A DNA stretch of 64,000 nucleotides, from positions 248,001 through 312,000 of the forward strand of contig NIVC01000551.1 of the NCBI GenBank assembly GCA_002269645.1, read 5' to 3'. This stretch comes from Macrostomum lignano. Lineage: Eukaryota. Below the pieces are notes generated by a model, which was not told the DNA's origin, did not search any database, and saw only the letters and a list, made by a program, of their open reading frames with translations. Both the position numbers and the translations under genes were made by a program. This document shows positions 52,139 through 64,000 of the stretch, in pieces; position 1 is the first letter of the stretch; each line of letters starts with the position of its first letter.

Positions 52139-52659
52139 CAGTGTCTTTTTATTTGCTTTTATGATGTCTTTGATGTCTCTTCAGCATTTTTTCTAGGTGT
52201 CCTAATCGCATTAGCCCATAGTTTACATGCACGTGTCAGTATAAACCTACTCGTAGATCCTCATACTCATAGTCACGGAAAGTTTAAAAAGTTACATAGA
52301 AAAAATGAGTTTTTCATACAAAATAATTCTTTTAAGATTCTTTATTTACGCTCTTACATATCGCAAAAACCTAATTAAGAACTTGCGGCAGTGCCTTGAA
52401 GCGTCCATATGGTGCATCTGTGTACTCCCCCCGATCCTGTAGTCAGAAAGTCCCGACATAATTGACATTTTTCAGGCTAGACTGTGTAAATTGTCAAAGC
52501 AGCATCATAACATTGTATTGTAGAGTCATCTAAAATTAGTCGTGACGTATAAGCAAGACTTTAGTCCCTTGTTAGACTAGTTAAACTGGTGACGTATTTA
52601 CTACTAGTTGAGTACGAGGTAGTAGTTTATTGAGCATATGCCATCATTCTGAATCTGGC

Positions 52660-53222
<563 letters not shown>

Positions 53223-53637
53223 GGCAGAGAGCCTAATTACTAAAACTTCTATGTCTGCAGTACAAAGATGACTGCGTGCAGCACGAAGCACGAAGTGTTG
53301 TTGAAACGAATGAATAAATAATGAGAAATTTTTCCTAAAGGGTGTTCTTAGATTTTCGTGAAAAAAAGCCGATCCAAGGCAGCTGCGAGAAATGCCAATT
53401 AGTAGAAAATTAGAGATTTAGTATATTTAGATTGGCATTTCAGAATGTCTATTTCACTGCAAGCAGGGCCTCAGAAGACTCATCTTCTAGAGCTTTGTTC
53501 TCCGTCGCCTAGCAACCCAGCCCCCAACTTCACCCATAGCGAAAATTTAACTACATCTAGCTACTGCCAACTTTTTCCCAACTTTGCTAAAAGGGATTCT
53601 CGGAATTAGAAAAAGTAAGTTTTGGAGAAAAGCTGCA

Positions 53638-55074
53638 ATGCAAATGGCGATTTCTCAGCCATTGACTTTTAGCTTCATCTGCGCTGTCATTGCGACTGCT
53701 GCGGCCGCAGACTCCGGCTGGGAGCGCCAGCGAGGCGACCTCGCCGAGTACCGGGTGATGGCGGTGAAGCAGGCCAGCAGCGACATTCACTGTACAGCGG
53801 TCGCTGAGAACGCGGATGCCGTCCGCTTCGACGCGGCCTCGGGCTCCTGCTCGCTGCTGGCCTGCGATCGGGGAGCGATGGACGCCTGCAGGAAGTGCCG
53901 GCACGCCAGCGACTCCAGCCTGCCTCAGCTGTGGGTGAGTGTAGCCTGCGGGGTCAGCAGCGACAACTCCTGCATCGGCTGTGGGCAGTATGACTTGGTG
54001 CCAATGACTCGAATTCAAAGCCAACAGAGCAACAGGTACATGTAGGTTGGAAAGGCTCATAGTTTGGCGCGTTAGCGATTCGCTAGCAATCTTGAAAGCG
54101 GCTCACAGTAGACAAGCGGGCAGTCAGCTTGCGGTTCGGGCGGTCACGCCAGCGTCCGGGTCTCGGAACTGCAGAGCCGGACAGTCTCGAAAACCACCGC
54201 CAGGAACAAGGCCAGTCTTTGACGATCTGGTAGGGCCTTGGAAAGTAAAAAGTACGCGCATCTACTAAGGTATTTGAAGGACCAGAACAAGCTTTGACCA
54301 GCGGGTAGAGCGATTCACATCTATGAAGGCCAACCTCCAAGGCACAGAAAGTGTACATGCCTGATGTGGTTGGACGATATCGCCCTCCTACGAATTATTA
54401 TATACTATTAAAGCCTATGTGCGCTTGAAAAATTATAAAGTAAATATTGGAACAGTTTAATCCAGAGAAACAAATGCAGCACTTATGCACGCTTGCAGGT
54501 GAGGGAGCCGGTGAAGTGCTGGACGACCTTCCAGCACAGAGTCGACGGCTCCGTCAGCTTCAACCGCAGCTGGGCGGAGTACGCAAGCGGATTCGGTCAG
54601 GGCGAGAGTCTCAACTACTGGATGGGACTGGAGCAGCTCCACCAGCTCACCGCCACTGGAGTGTGGAGAGTCCGCTGGGAGTTCAGCGACTGGAACGGCA
54701 CCTGGTACTGGGCTGAGAATGCTCCGTTCTCTGTTGGCCCAGCGACCGACAAGTACAGGTGCTCGATGGGACCTCTGGACGCGAGCAGGTCGAGTGTCGG
54801 ACAGCGGGCAGATTTGGAACTGTCGCCGAACAACTGGCAGTTCAGCACAGCGGACTCCGACAATGACAACTGGAGCGATGGCAGCTGCGGGCAACAACGG
54901 TCCGCTGGCTGGTGGTACGGCCGCTGCTCATCCATGGACCCGAACGGACTCTACAGAGAATATCCCAACGTTTACGAGAACATTAGAGGAGTTTACTACC
55001 TGCTGAGTAACTCGGGTACCGTGTTCGCTGTGTCGTACTCCATGAAGACTTTTGAGTGCATGATAATCAACTGA
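53638..55074 (+). CDS. Secreted fibrinogen-related domain (FReD) protein with N-terminal PAN/apple-like region
   Basis: Exons 53638-53934 and 54499-55074 (phase 0). Signal-peptide-like N-terminus; [47 protein letters not shown] and GWWYGRC are fibrinogen C-domain motifs. The PAN call is tentative. Confidence 0.85.
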
Positions 55075-55097
55075 GACAATTGAGAAAGCTGAGTCTA

Positions 55098-55326
<229 letters not shown>

Positions 55327-55887
55327 AGTTTATTGAAGTTCAGATTTACGATTTAATTCTTCGATTTCCACAAGAAGTCGAGATGCACCGCACCTTTGAA
55401 GATACGCTCGTAGCACACCTGATGACTCCAGATACAATAATAGAGCATCTAATTTTGACCACAATATAGCTTTTGAGTCCGTATGATTTCCTGTATTATA
55501 GCTATGCGGTACAACAGTAACCAAGTCAAACCTTTCTTGACCTTTATTACGAGTAGAAAACAATTCTATGAGCTAATTCTTAACTAACTGTATCTCCTAA
55601 TCATAGCATTAAATAAACTTCTCCAACTTTACATTTGGAAAACGAGAACTAGACTTAAAGACCATAACCCAATGTCTTACTTAAAGTAGCACAATCAGCA
55701 GTTAGTCCGCTGCGCCCAGCAAAGAACAAGGGGACAGCCGAACAGCCGCCCCCAAAAGAACCACCGCCGGCTTATACAGTATAAGCACACAGAGCAACCA
55801 CCCCCCAACCAACACCCACCCCAAGGCCAAGCTGGGCTGGCTGACTAAAGCCGGTTTGTACTGGCGGCACAAACCCGTACATAAATG

Positions 55888-56768
55888 TCCTTCTCGGGTT
55901 CTTGAAGATGTTCCTAAAAATAGAACCCGCTGCTCCTGAAGTAGCTAGATAGCACCGCTGTACTACCTATCGATTTGCCTGAAAATGAACCTAAAACGTT
56001 AGCCGTGACTTGGTAGGGTTGCTGCCACCTTGGTGTGTGGACTCGACGCGTCGGCAGAGTTGTCTATCCGTCACCTGAAAGAAAAATTACAAAGTCGCTC
56101 GGAGCAAAGGCAAATCTGAAAATGTCTCGACAGTCGATCGTCTTAGTTGAATGCTGCTCGAACCTGAAAACCTGTAAAACCTGAAATGAGAGAGGAGAGC
56201 TCGGAGGAGGCTTCACGAGTCAGCCACGATGCTCCGCGAGACGACGCAGTCTGGAGAAAAATGGCTCCCAGATGCTCCGTCTTTATAGCCGAGCGGACCC
56301 CCAAAAGTCACGTGAGTTTCATGCGGTGAGCGCGTGAAACTTCCTTATTTGGGCATTGAAATCATGCAAGCGACGCGTGATTCAAGGCCAACTTCCAAAT
56401 AAGGCAACCCTGTCACGCGGCAGTGGCGTGACTTAAGGTCAGTGGCCACGCACAGTGTGCGTGCACAGTCACGTGCTTTTCTGTGCTAAAAATAGAACTT
56501 GGACGGATGAGTCATCCTGTTTACTCCCTCTAGGCAGCCATTACACTCCGCGCAGGTGATGAGTCATCCAGCTACGCCTCGCAGCGCGAGTGGGAAGACA
56601 TTGAGTGTGGCTGCCCACGCCTGCTCAGGCGATGAGTCATCGGGCAGTAAACACTTAGGCCCAGCACAGGGTAACTCTCTCTTTAGATCAGGTGGACTGA
56701 GCCACTGTGCAGCGGATCACAGCGCCCTTAGGAAAAGCAAGTGAATGCTGCTGAATAGCTAGTTAGCA
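55888..56768 (-). mobile_element. Second copy of the 894-bp LTR, inverted, ends eroded
   Basis: Reverse complement aligns along nearly all of 19310-20183; terminal ~10 bp and TSD not matched. Confidence 0.85.
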
Positions 56769-57285
56769 CTTAGCTGGATTGATGGATTGATCAATGGATT
56801 GATACCAAAATCAATCAACCAATAATCATCTAAGAGTATCGGAATCGGTCCGCAGATCCTACCCAATCCCTTAGGAATAGGGAGGCCTCAAATTCAATAA
56901 CTCAATAAAATCGACTGATCAGTAACGGCCGTCTGCACCCGCTATTTGCCGCTGGCAGCCGCAGACCCCCCCCCCCTCACGCTGTTTCACAAGTCGACCC
57001 AGGGTACTCGTCCCCGCGTGTGTTCAAGGCAGACCCTAGGGCTGCTGGACAGACTGGGCTCCGACGCTGGCGACCCATCCAGTGGCTTCGGCCGAACTTG
57101 GGTATGCGGGTCTGGCTTGCCAGCCTGCAGGCCGTGGTACTGCTTAACGTACCCCCTAATGCCTAAGGTGTTTGACCGTGCCGATGGGCTGGAAGGCCGG
57201 GGGTTGTCCGGTCGCTAGCGGTCCTTTTCTTTTTCTTCTTTCCTCTTTCTTTTGTGACTCTGCTCACTCCTTCCCGCTTTCAGCT

Positions 57286-58723
57286 ATGGCGTCATCCGCC
57301 TCTTTCAACCCCGCTGAAGCCGGGGCCCCGGCAACTCCGGCCGGTGACTCTGGCACCAGCGCCGCCCCACCGGGGGCAGATGGGCTTGCCGCCGGCTCGG
57401 CCAGTGACATGCCCGCACGCGCAACCGGGCCCTCCGCTGAAGCCCGACGCACCCGCAACCAACGCCGCAACGAGCGGCGATGGCGACTACGGGGTACTGC
57501 GGGCCGGCCACCGGCGGAGGGGGAACCTAGGGAGGGCGAGGCTGCTGTTGGGCCGAAAGGAACCACAGCAACCCCTGCCCCCCAGTATACCTGCTACAAG
57601 CGCGGCCGGGCCTTCGGGAACCGCCGCCACCAACTACGCCTCAAAGGTCAAGCTCCAACCGGCGGTCATCGTCTTCGGGGAAGAGCAGGACCTCACGGCC
57701 GACGAGCTCGACAGTGCCTGGCGCACCATCGATGCTGCGCTCATCGACCAGCTCCTGGCGGGCCGCCCTGTGAGCGTGGTCAAATCTGCCAAGACAGACG
57801 GCTGCATCTTCATCTGGTGCAGCTCGGAGGAGAGCAGCCGCAGTCTACGCGAGCTTCTGCCAAAGCTGAACTGGCCCAAGAAGCTCGGCAAGCTCGTCTT
57901 CGCCAGCGAGGGCGAACGACAAAAGACCCAGCGCTTTCGCATCTGGATCCCGGCCGGCAGTGCCATTAAGTCCGGAGATCAGCTTAGGCAAATATTGCTA
58001 AAGCTGCACCCCGACCTTGAGGTCAACGGGCTCCTACACCACGCCACTTCCCGCAAGGAGAAGGGGGCTACGGTGATCCTAGGGCTCTCTGATGACTGGG
58101 CTAAGCGCTTGCCGCCTAAGTCCACAATTCATATTGGTCTGACTCAGCTGACCATCCTCCGTTGCGAGGAGCGGAAAGCTGATGAAGCCAAGAATGCCAA
58201 AGCTTCCGAAACCGGAACTGGGGCCCAGGCTCCTCCGGCAAAGAAGCCGAGGCAAACGGCCGATCCTATGCCCGGTAAGGCAGTTCGCGCTGCTGAAACC
58301 GGAAGTCGCAATCGCAGACCCGCCAGGAGCACCCGGAGGTCCGGCCTGATCCAGCGCGCGCTGGACCAGGCCAAGAACCTTCGTGCGCATCGTGAGCGGG
58401 CCCGCGCTTCTCGCGCTCCACCCCAACAGCCAGAAGGCCAGACTCTAAGCGGGGAGGCTCCGACCCACTGGTTCGAGTCTGTGACTCACCAGGAGGCTGG
58501 CGCCACCCGCATCGACCTGACCGACGAGGCAGAGGGGACGGGCAGTGACAGCACCGAAGCACGCAGGGGAGGCGACGGTAACGTCCACGCTGGGCTCACG
58601 TCCGCGGAGGACTCCACAGCCACCCTAACTGCTGAGGACGCTGAAACTCCCATGGAGGTATGCGGGTCACCCACCACTGAAAAGGAGAAGGATGACCTGC
58701 TCAACGATTCCCCAACTGCGTGA
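57286..58723 (+). CDS. Retrotransposon ORF1 (one frameshift near 57570-57590)
   Basis: MASSASFNPAE... switches frame into NYASKVKLQPAVIVFG...RFRIWIP. Homologous to the ORF1 at 18442-20850. Confidence 0.75.
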
Positions 58724-58725
58724 TA

Positions 58726-61700
58726 ATGATCAGCAACCAGGGAATCCATTGCCTGCAGATTAATCTGCAGCACTGCGTCGCAGCCTCGGTCAACCTTATG
58801 CGTTACGCCGAGCTCGACAAGCCGGGGCTCATCCTCGTCCAGGAACCCTGGACTCTCAGAGGTAAGCCTCAAAACGCCCCTGCTGGCTACAATTGTTTTT
58901 ATACTTACCCTCGCGAGGCCAACCAGCCTCCCAGAGCTTGCATCTTTGCGAGCAAAACGCTCAGTGCGTGGCTCAGATCGGACCTGTCCAACAGGGACAT
59001 CTGCGTCATCCAATCCGAGGACCTTCTTCCTGGGAAGACCACCCTCATTGCCTCGGTTTACCTACCAGGCGATGCTGCGGTCGTCCCCAGAGCCCTCGCT
59101 ACGCTGGTAGAGCTCTGCTCTGCCAAAAACTACGAGCTAATGGTTGCCGGGACATCAACGCCCACCACACTCACTGGGGCAGCACTGGCATTAATCAGAG
59201 AGGCGAAGACCTCCTAGCCTACGTTGCCTCTACGACCCTCGAGTTCTGCAACTCTGGGTCCACCCCTACCTTTGACAACGGACGGTGGTCGGAGGTGATC
59301 GACGCTACGCTCGCAACGCCCAGACTCTACCAGAGTATTGGGGCGTGGCGGGTGCTTCCAGTGTCCTCACTCTCGGATCACAAGTTCATCTCCTTCAACC
59401 TAATGGCCGCGCGTAGCGCAACTCGTGTTACGTGGAGACGGAACGCCAGAAATACTGATTGGGAAACCTTCGGGCTCGCCCTGAAGGAATTCCATCGGTC
59501 TCCTGGCAAACCACCCACGATCACGTCGTGCCGAGAGGCGGATGAGTGCGCGACTGTTTTGACAGAGACGCTAACCGCCGCCTTTGAGGCGTCCTGCCCT
59601 TTAAAAGCCTATAAAGGGAAAAAATCGGCGCCGTGGTGGAATCCCGAGCTCGGCAACCTCCGTCGCAGGGCTAAGAGACTCCACCGCAGAGCAACTAAAA
59701 CTAAGAGCCCTGCAGACCAAACCGCCTATCATGAAGCAATTCATGAGTTTAAAAGGCAGGTTAGGAATGCAAAGGCTCAAAAATGGCGACAATACTGTGA
59801 GGAGCTAGAGGGCTCACGCCCCACCTCCAGAGTTGTGAAAGCGCTCACGCTGGACAAAATGTCTAAGCTCTCCTCGGTCAAACGCACCGACGGTACGTCC
59901 ACGGACAACCCAGGGGAAACGCTTGATGTAATGCTCACTGCGTTTTTCCCCAACGAGCCAGCTAACCAGACCACTCCGGATCACTCGGAGGGAGGTCACG
60001 CGCTGGCTGCCTCTATCATCACGGAGGACCGCATTGTGAGAGCGGCAAATTCCTTCAAGCCTTTCAAAGCCCCAGGACCCGACGGCATTGTACCGGCCCT
60101 TCTAAGAGAGGCGGTTAAATGCCCAGGCTTCCTGCGCAAACTTTGCAGCCTTCTTCGGGCATGCATCACGCTTGGTTATGTCCCACAGGCATGGACCGAG
60201 GCAAAGGTGATCTTTATCCCTAAGCCAGGCCGCCCGGACTACCATTCTATCAAATCCTTCAGACCGATCAGCTTGACCTCCTCCTTGGTCAAGCTGATGG
60301 AGAGACTGGTGGTTTGGCGCCTTCTCTCTGTTGAGCTGAAGAACAAACCTCTCAGCGAGAACCAGCACGCTTTTCGGGCGGGTCGCTCCACTGAAAGCGC
60401 GCTGCACGTCCTGGTCGATAAACTCGAGAAGGCCGTGCTTGGTAATGGCTTTGCTCTGGGGATCTTCCTGGACATCATTGGCGCCTTCGATAACGTCCTC
60501 TTTGAGGCGTTCCGAAGAGCTCTTTGTGAGAGGCAAACGCACTCACATCTCACCAGATGGATCATGTACATGATCAGCCATCGCACGGCCACCGCCAGTC
60601 TGCTGGGCTACCAGAGGACGGTCCCCGTCTGCAAAGGTAGCCCGCAAGGTGGGGTGCTGTCTCCAGTTCTCTGGAATATGGTCATCGATGAGCTCCTCCG
60701 GGATGTTCGGCCTGACCCCATTCTGAAAGTTGGTTATGCGGACGATGTCACCGCGGTGGCATCTGGTCCGTCCCCTGATACCCTCAGGGACCTTCTTCAG
60801 AACTTTATCTACGCCGCTGAGCAATGGGCGGACCGCTGTGGTTTAAGGCTCTCTGAGACTAAGACCGCAGCGATCATGTTCACCAGCAGGACCAAGTGGC
60901 AGATTCGGCCGCTCACGCTTTACGGAAGGGAAATCCCCTTCTGCAAGCAGACTAAATGTCTGGGTATTACCCTGGACCACAGGCTGAACTGGTCACCCCA
61001 CGTTCAAACAAAAGCCAAAAAGGCCTTCGCAGTCCTCGCGCAATTGCGCAGGGCTGTCGGCACCACCTGGGGGCTCACCCCCAAGCGCTTCTGGTGGATC
61101 TACACTGCAATGGTTAGGCCCGCTATCTCGTATGGCGGCCTGATCTGGGCTAGCGCCCTGCAGATAAAGACCTGTCTAGAGGCTTTCAGGAGAGCGCAAG
61201 GGCGCGCATGTCGCACGATCATGAGCGCCTCTCCGTCTGCTCCTTACGATGGCCTCAACGCCTTCCTCAACATTCCTCCGCTGGACAATTTTGTCCGCAG
61301 GTAAGCGGCTAAGACTGCCCGCCGTCTACTTGACGCTGGCATTCGTATCCTGCCCGATAGGGCCATGGCTAAGCGCAAGCTCCTGCCTCACGCCGACCTC
61401 TGCCTTAAAGACTTGAGAGACAGCGGCGGGCTCCACGTCTTACCTGACGGTGAACCCCGCACTCTCAACCTCCTTCAGCGCTACAAGGTCACCATCCCCT
61501 CTAGGGATGCTGCCAATGACCTCTGGAATTTCCAGGAGGTCCATTGCTACACGGACGGTTCCATCAAAGACAGTCGCGCCGGCTTTGGGGTCTGCATCAT
61601 CATCAACGACCGCGTCATTGCCACGCATGCCCAGCACACTGGCAGACTCTCCACGGTCTTCCAGAACGAAGTCCTTGCCATCAGCTCTTGCGCTGCAGAG

Positions 61701-62429
61701 CTGAACGCCAAGGTTACGAGAGGAAAGACTATTGTCATCCACTCCGACAGCCAAGCGGCCTTACAGGCCCTTTGCCACACCACAACGAACTCCCGGACAG
61801 TCGCCGACTGCGCCCGGCAGCTCAACCTCCTGACCAGAAGCAATACTGTCAGGCTGAAGTGGATCCCAGGGCACGCAGGGTTTCCGGGGAACGAGCTGGC
61901 AGACACCCTCGCCAAGAGGGGCGGCTCTGGCTCTTTCTTCGGCCCTGCCCCCCTGGTCCCTATGCCCTTGACAGTCATCAATCGTCAGATCGACGACTGG
62001 GCTGACTCCCTCCACAGGGACAGATGGGCGGGCACCCAAAACTGCCGGCAATCTCGTGCCGCGGTTCCTTGCCCGTCTCGCAGGCTCAGAAACATCCTTC
62101 TGAACCAGAATCGGAAGGATATTCGTGCCCTTGTCATGACCCTTACCGGCCATGGCTACCTCGCCAGGCACTGCTTCCTCCGAGGCGACCTCGAGAGCGA
62201 AATTTGCCCCTTTTGCGAGTGCGACAATGAAGATGCTCAGCACTTTGTCTGTCACTGCCCTTTCTTTAACAGAGACCGGCTACGCTACCTCGGGCCGAAC
62301 CCGTCCATTGACGAGGTTTGCCAGCCCGACAGCATCCCACGGCTCATCCAGTTCCTTCGGGCGACTAGACGAGCCAGTTTCTTCCCCACGGAAGATCACG
62401 CTGCAGGACGGACCGGCGGACCACCCTGA
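58726..62429 (+). CDS. Retrotransposon ORF2: APE, RT, RNase H, CCHC (frameshift ~59150, stop 61302)
   Basis: LQINLQHC, LVQEPW, GDINAHH (after restoring 1 nt), SDHKFI, FLDIIGAFD, PQGGVLSP, YADD, CYTDGS, HSDSQAAL, WIPGHAG, GNELAD, CPFC...HFVCHC. Confidence 0.9.
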
Positions 62430-63308
62430 CCGGCCCCACGCCTCTGCCTGTCCGCGGGCCTTCAGGGGCTAGCGGAATGAGCGACCCTCGCCTCCCCGCT
62501 GTGTCTACGGACCACCCTGCAGCTAAGTTAAGTAAGTTATCGGCCGGCAATGACACAGCTCTCAATAATGAAGTAACAAAGACTCAAATAACAAAGACTT
62601 ACCAATTAGTGTTTGTCTCTCTCAGATATACTCGTAAAGCCTTGCTTGGTAGCTCTGGCTAAGCCCAAGATTTCTTAAGGCTGCTCCGACTCTGAAGTTT
62701 CAGCTCTGATTTTCGCTTGTATTTATACACGATTTCATTCGACCTTGAGTCCCAAACCGGTTTTATTGATCAGAATCAAGAAATGGACTTTGTCCCTTGA
62801 CCGGTGGAGTTTTGAATAGATTAGGGGTGAAGCTTAGGTCGCATTTAAATCGACATTTACCATATTTGGAAATATAGGTTGAAAACCGGTTTTTCGGATT
62901 ATGTATAAGATCACTCTCTGTTTACGTGATATTGCAGGTATTACTGAAAATAGAGTATGACGAATGTTAGTTTTTAAAAAGTATTCATGTTTTTATCTTA
63001 CTACTTTTAGTAGTCTGCTCACCAACTAGAAGAGAGATCTCTACACCGAGTGCAGTCACATCGACTTGGGGCTAAACTGGAATCTCAGCTTGGCTCTGCT
63101 CGTGCAATGAACGCCCTTGAGGGCCAACATCCAAGGCACAGTGAAGTGTACATGCCTAACGATACATAAAGTTCGACTGTACACTCCTGTGTGAGTGTGT
63201 GCCTGTGCGTATGACTGCGTAAGTATCCGCGCGCCTGTGTGCCTGCTCAGGGGAGTCGGCGTAATGGGCAGCAATGACTCGCTGGTTGTGTGACAATGTA
63301 ACGATATA

Positions 63309-63413
63309 TACCGATTTTTTTCGGCAGCAATTGCGTAAGCTGAAGCCGCGTACAAATACTTCAGCGTAGCGGCTGAAGCTTAGTAGAGCAATTGCTGCCG
63401 AAAAAAATCGGTA
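63309..63413. repeat. Perfect 26-bp inverted repeat / hairpin element
   Basis: TACCGATTTTTTTCGGCAGCAATTGC (63309-63334) and its exact reverse complement (63388-63413), with further partial inner pairing. Confidence 0.9.
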
Positions 63414-63713
63414 CATGTCATTATTGTACCCTTTTGACTTCCCTTGTCTATGGCCCAGACATGTATAGTGCGGATGCTGAGTATGAAATGCGATTGTTGC
63501 CGGAATGCGCTTTGAAAGGGTTGTAGAGATAATCAATCGTCTATGGCAAATTTAGTTGTTCTCTAAATGAAAGGGTTGTAGAGATAATTAATCGTTTATG
63601 GCAAATTTAAAGGACAGTGAAGACAGCTAGCCTGGCTGCCATGAGTTAATTCTCAAGTTGATTTTGAGCTTGAATTAATTCTCCTATTCGGAGTGCAAAT
63701 AGGAAAACTAGCT

Positions 63714-64000
63714 ATGATTCGCTACGCAAACATTCCTGGCGGAGAAATATGTGGACTCTCCACGGACGAGTTGGCTTTTGTCACCCGAGAGTCGAGCACG
63801 CGCTACGTTCTGGAGATGGACAACCTGGATGCGTCGTCCAGTTCCAACGGGCTGCCTGAGCTAGGTAGCGAAGATCTGGAAATGTTGGACCGACTTGAGA
63901 GTGACTCAGTGCCGAAATCGACCGAGACGCAACGGAAGCTTCACGTGGCAAGGTTCCGACAGTTCCTCAACGAGAAGGGGCTCTGCCAGGAGTTTGAGCG
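63714..64000 (+). CDS. 5'-partial ORF, probable Crypton-type tyrosine-recombinase protein
   Basis: Open to the window edge. SVPKSTETQRKLHVARFRQFLNEKG resembles the N-terminal region of Crypton/DUF3504-type proteins; catalytic part lies outside the window. Confidence 0.45.
   Translation, partial: MIRYANIPGGEICGLSTDELAFVTRESSTRYVLEMDNLDASSSSNGLPELGSEDLEMLDRLESDSVPKSTETQRKLHVARFRQFLNEKGLCQEFE

Larger units (their letters stand above)
56846..62538 (+). mobile_element. Near full-length LOA/R1-like non-LTR retrotransposon
   Basis: 5' UTR, ORF1, ORF2 (APE-RT-RNase H-CCHC) and a TAAG tail. 5' boundary approximate; clade call from motif resemblance only. Confidence 0.92.

Noticed and set aside
57050-57105. 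Canonical HDV-like ribozyme in the LINE 5' UTR
   Set aside because: CTCCGACGCTGGCG resembles the HDV L3/P3 region, but I found no P1 partner or P1.1 GG. Kept only as an unclassified structure.

Overview
Eukaryotic, AT-rich, repeat-dense animal genomic DNA. The repeat types and short introns resemble the flatworm Macrostomum lignano, which is my inference only. Most long ORFs in the supplied track are artefacts of tandem repeats. Recognisable elements: a near full-length APE-RT-RNaseH non-LTR retrotransposon (LOA/R1-like, ~56.85-62.54 kb); a decayed relative (~17.9-22.9 kb) split by an 894-bp solo LTR; a 3' fragment of the same family; RTE-like LINE fragments; CORE-type SINEs; a secreted PAN-like + fibrinogen-domain gene; and a probable Crypton start at the right edge. 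The main result is invisible to the ORF track. Between ~1.5 and 50.3 kb, all on the + strand, lies a cluster of about 25 paralogous intron-containing mini-genes. I reconstructed by hand 11 intact copies, 1 copy with a single homopolymer indel, and the rest partial or decayed. They encode 27-102 aa Cys/His-rich proteins built from one module, CC-x4/5-C-x2-C | phase-2 intron | ...CCC-x-H, with variable add-ons (N-terminal Gly acylation-like motif, C-terminal hydrophobic tail, tandem module duplication). I do not recognise this family. All gene models are manual splice reconstructions and need transcript confirmation.
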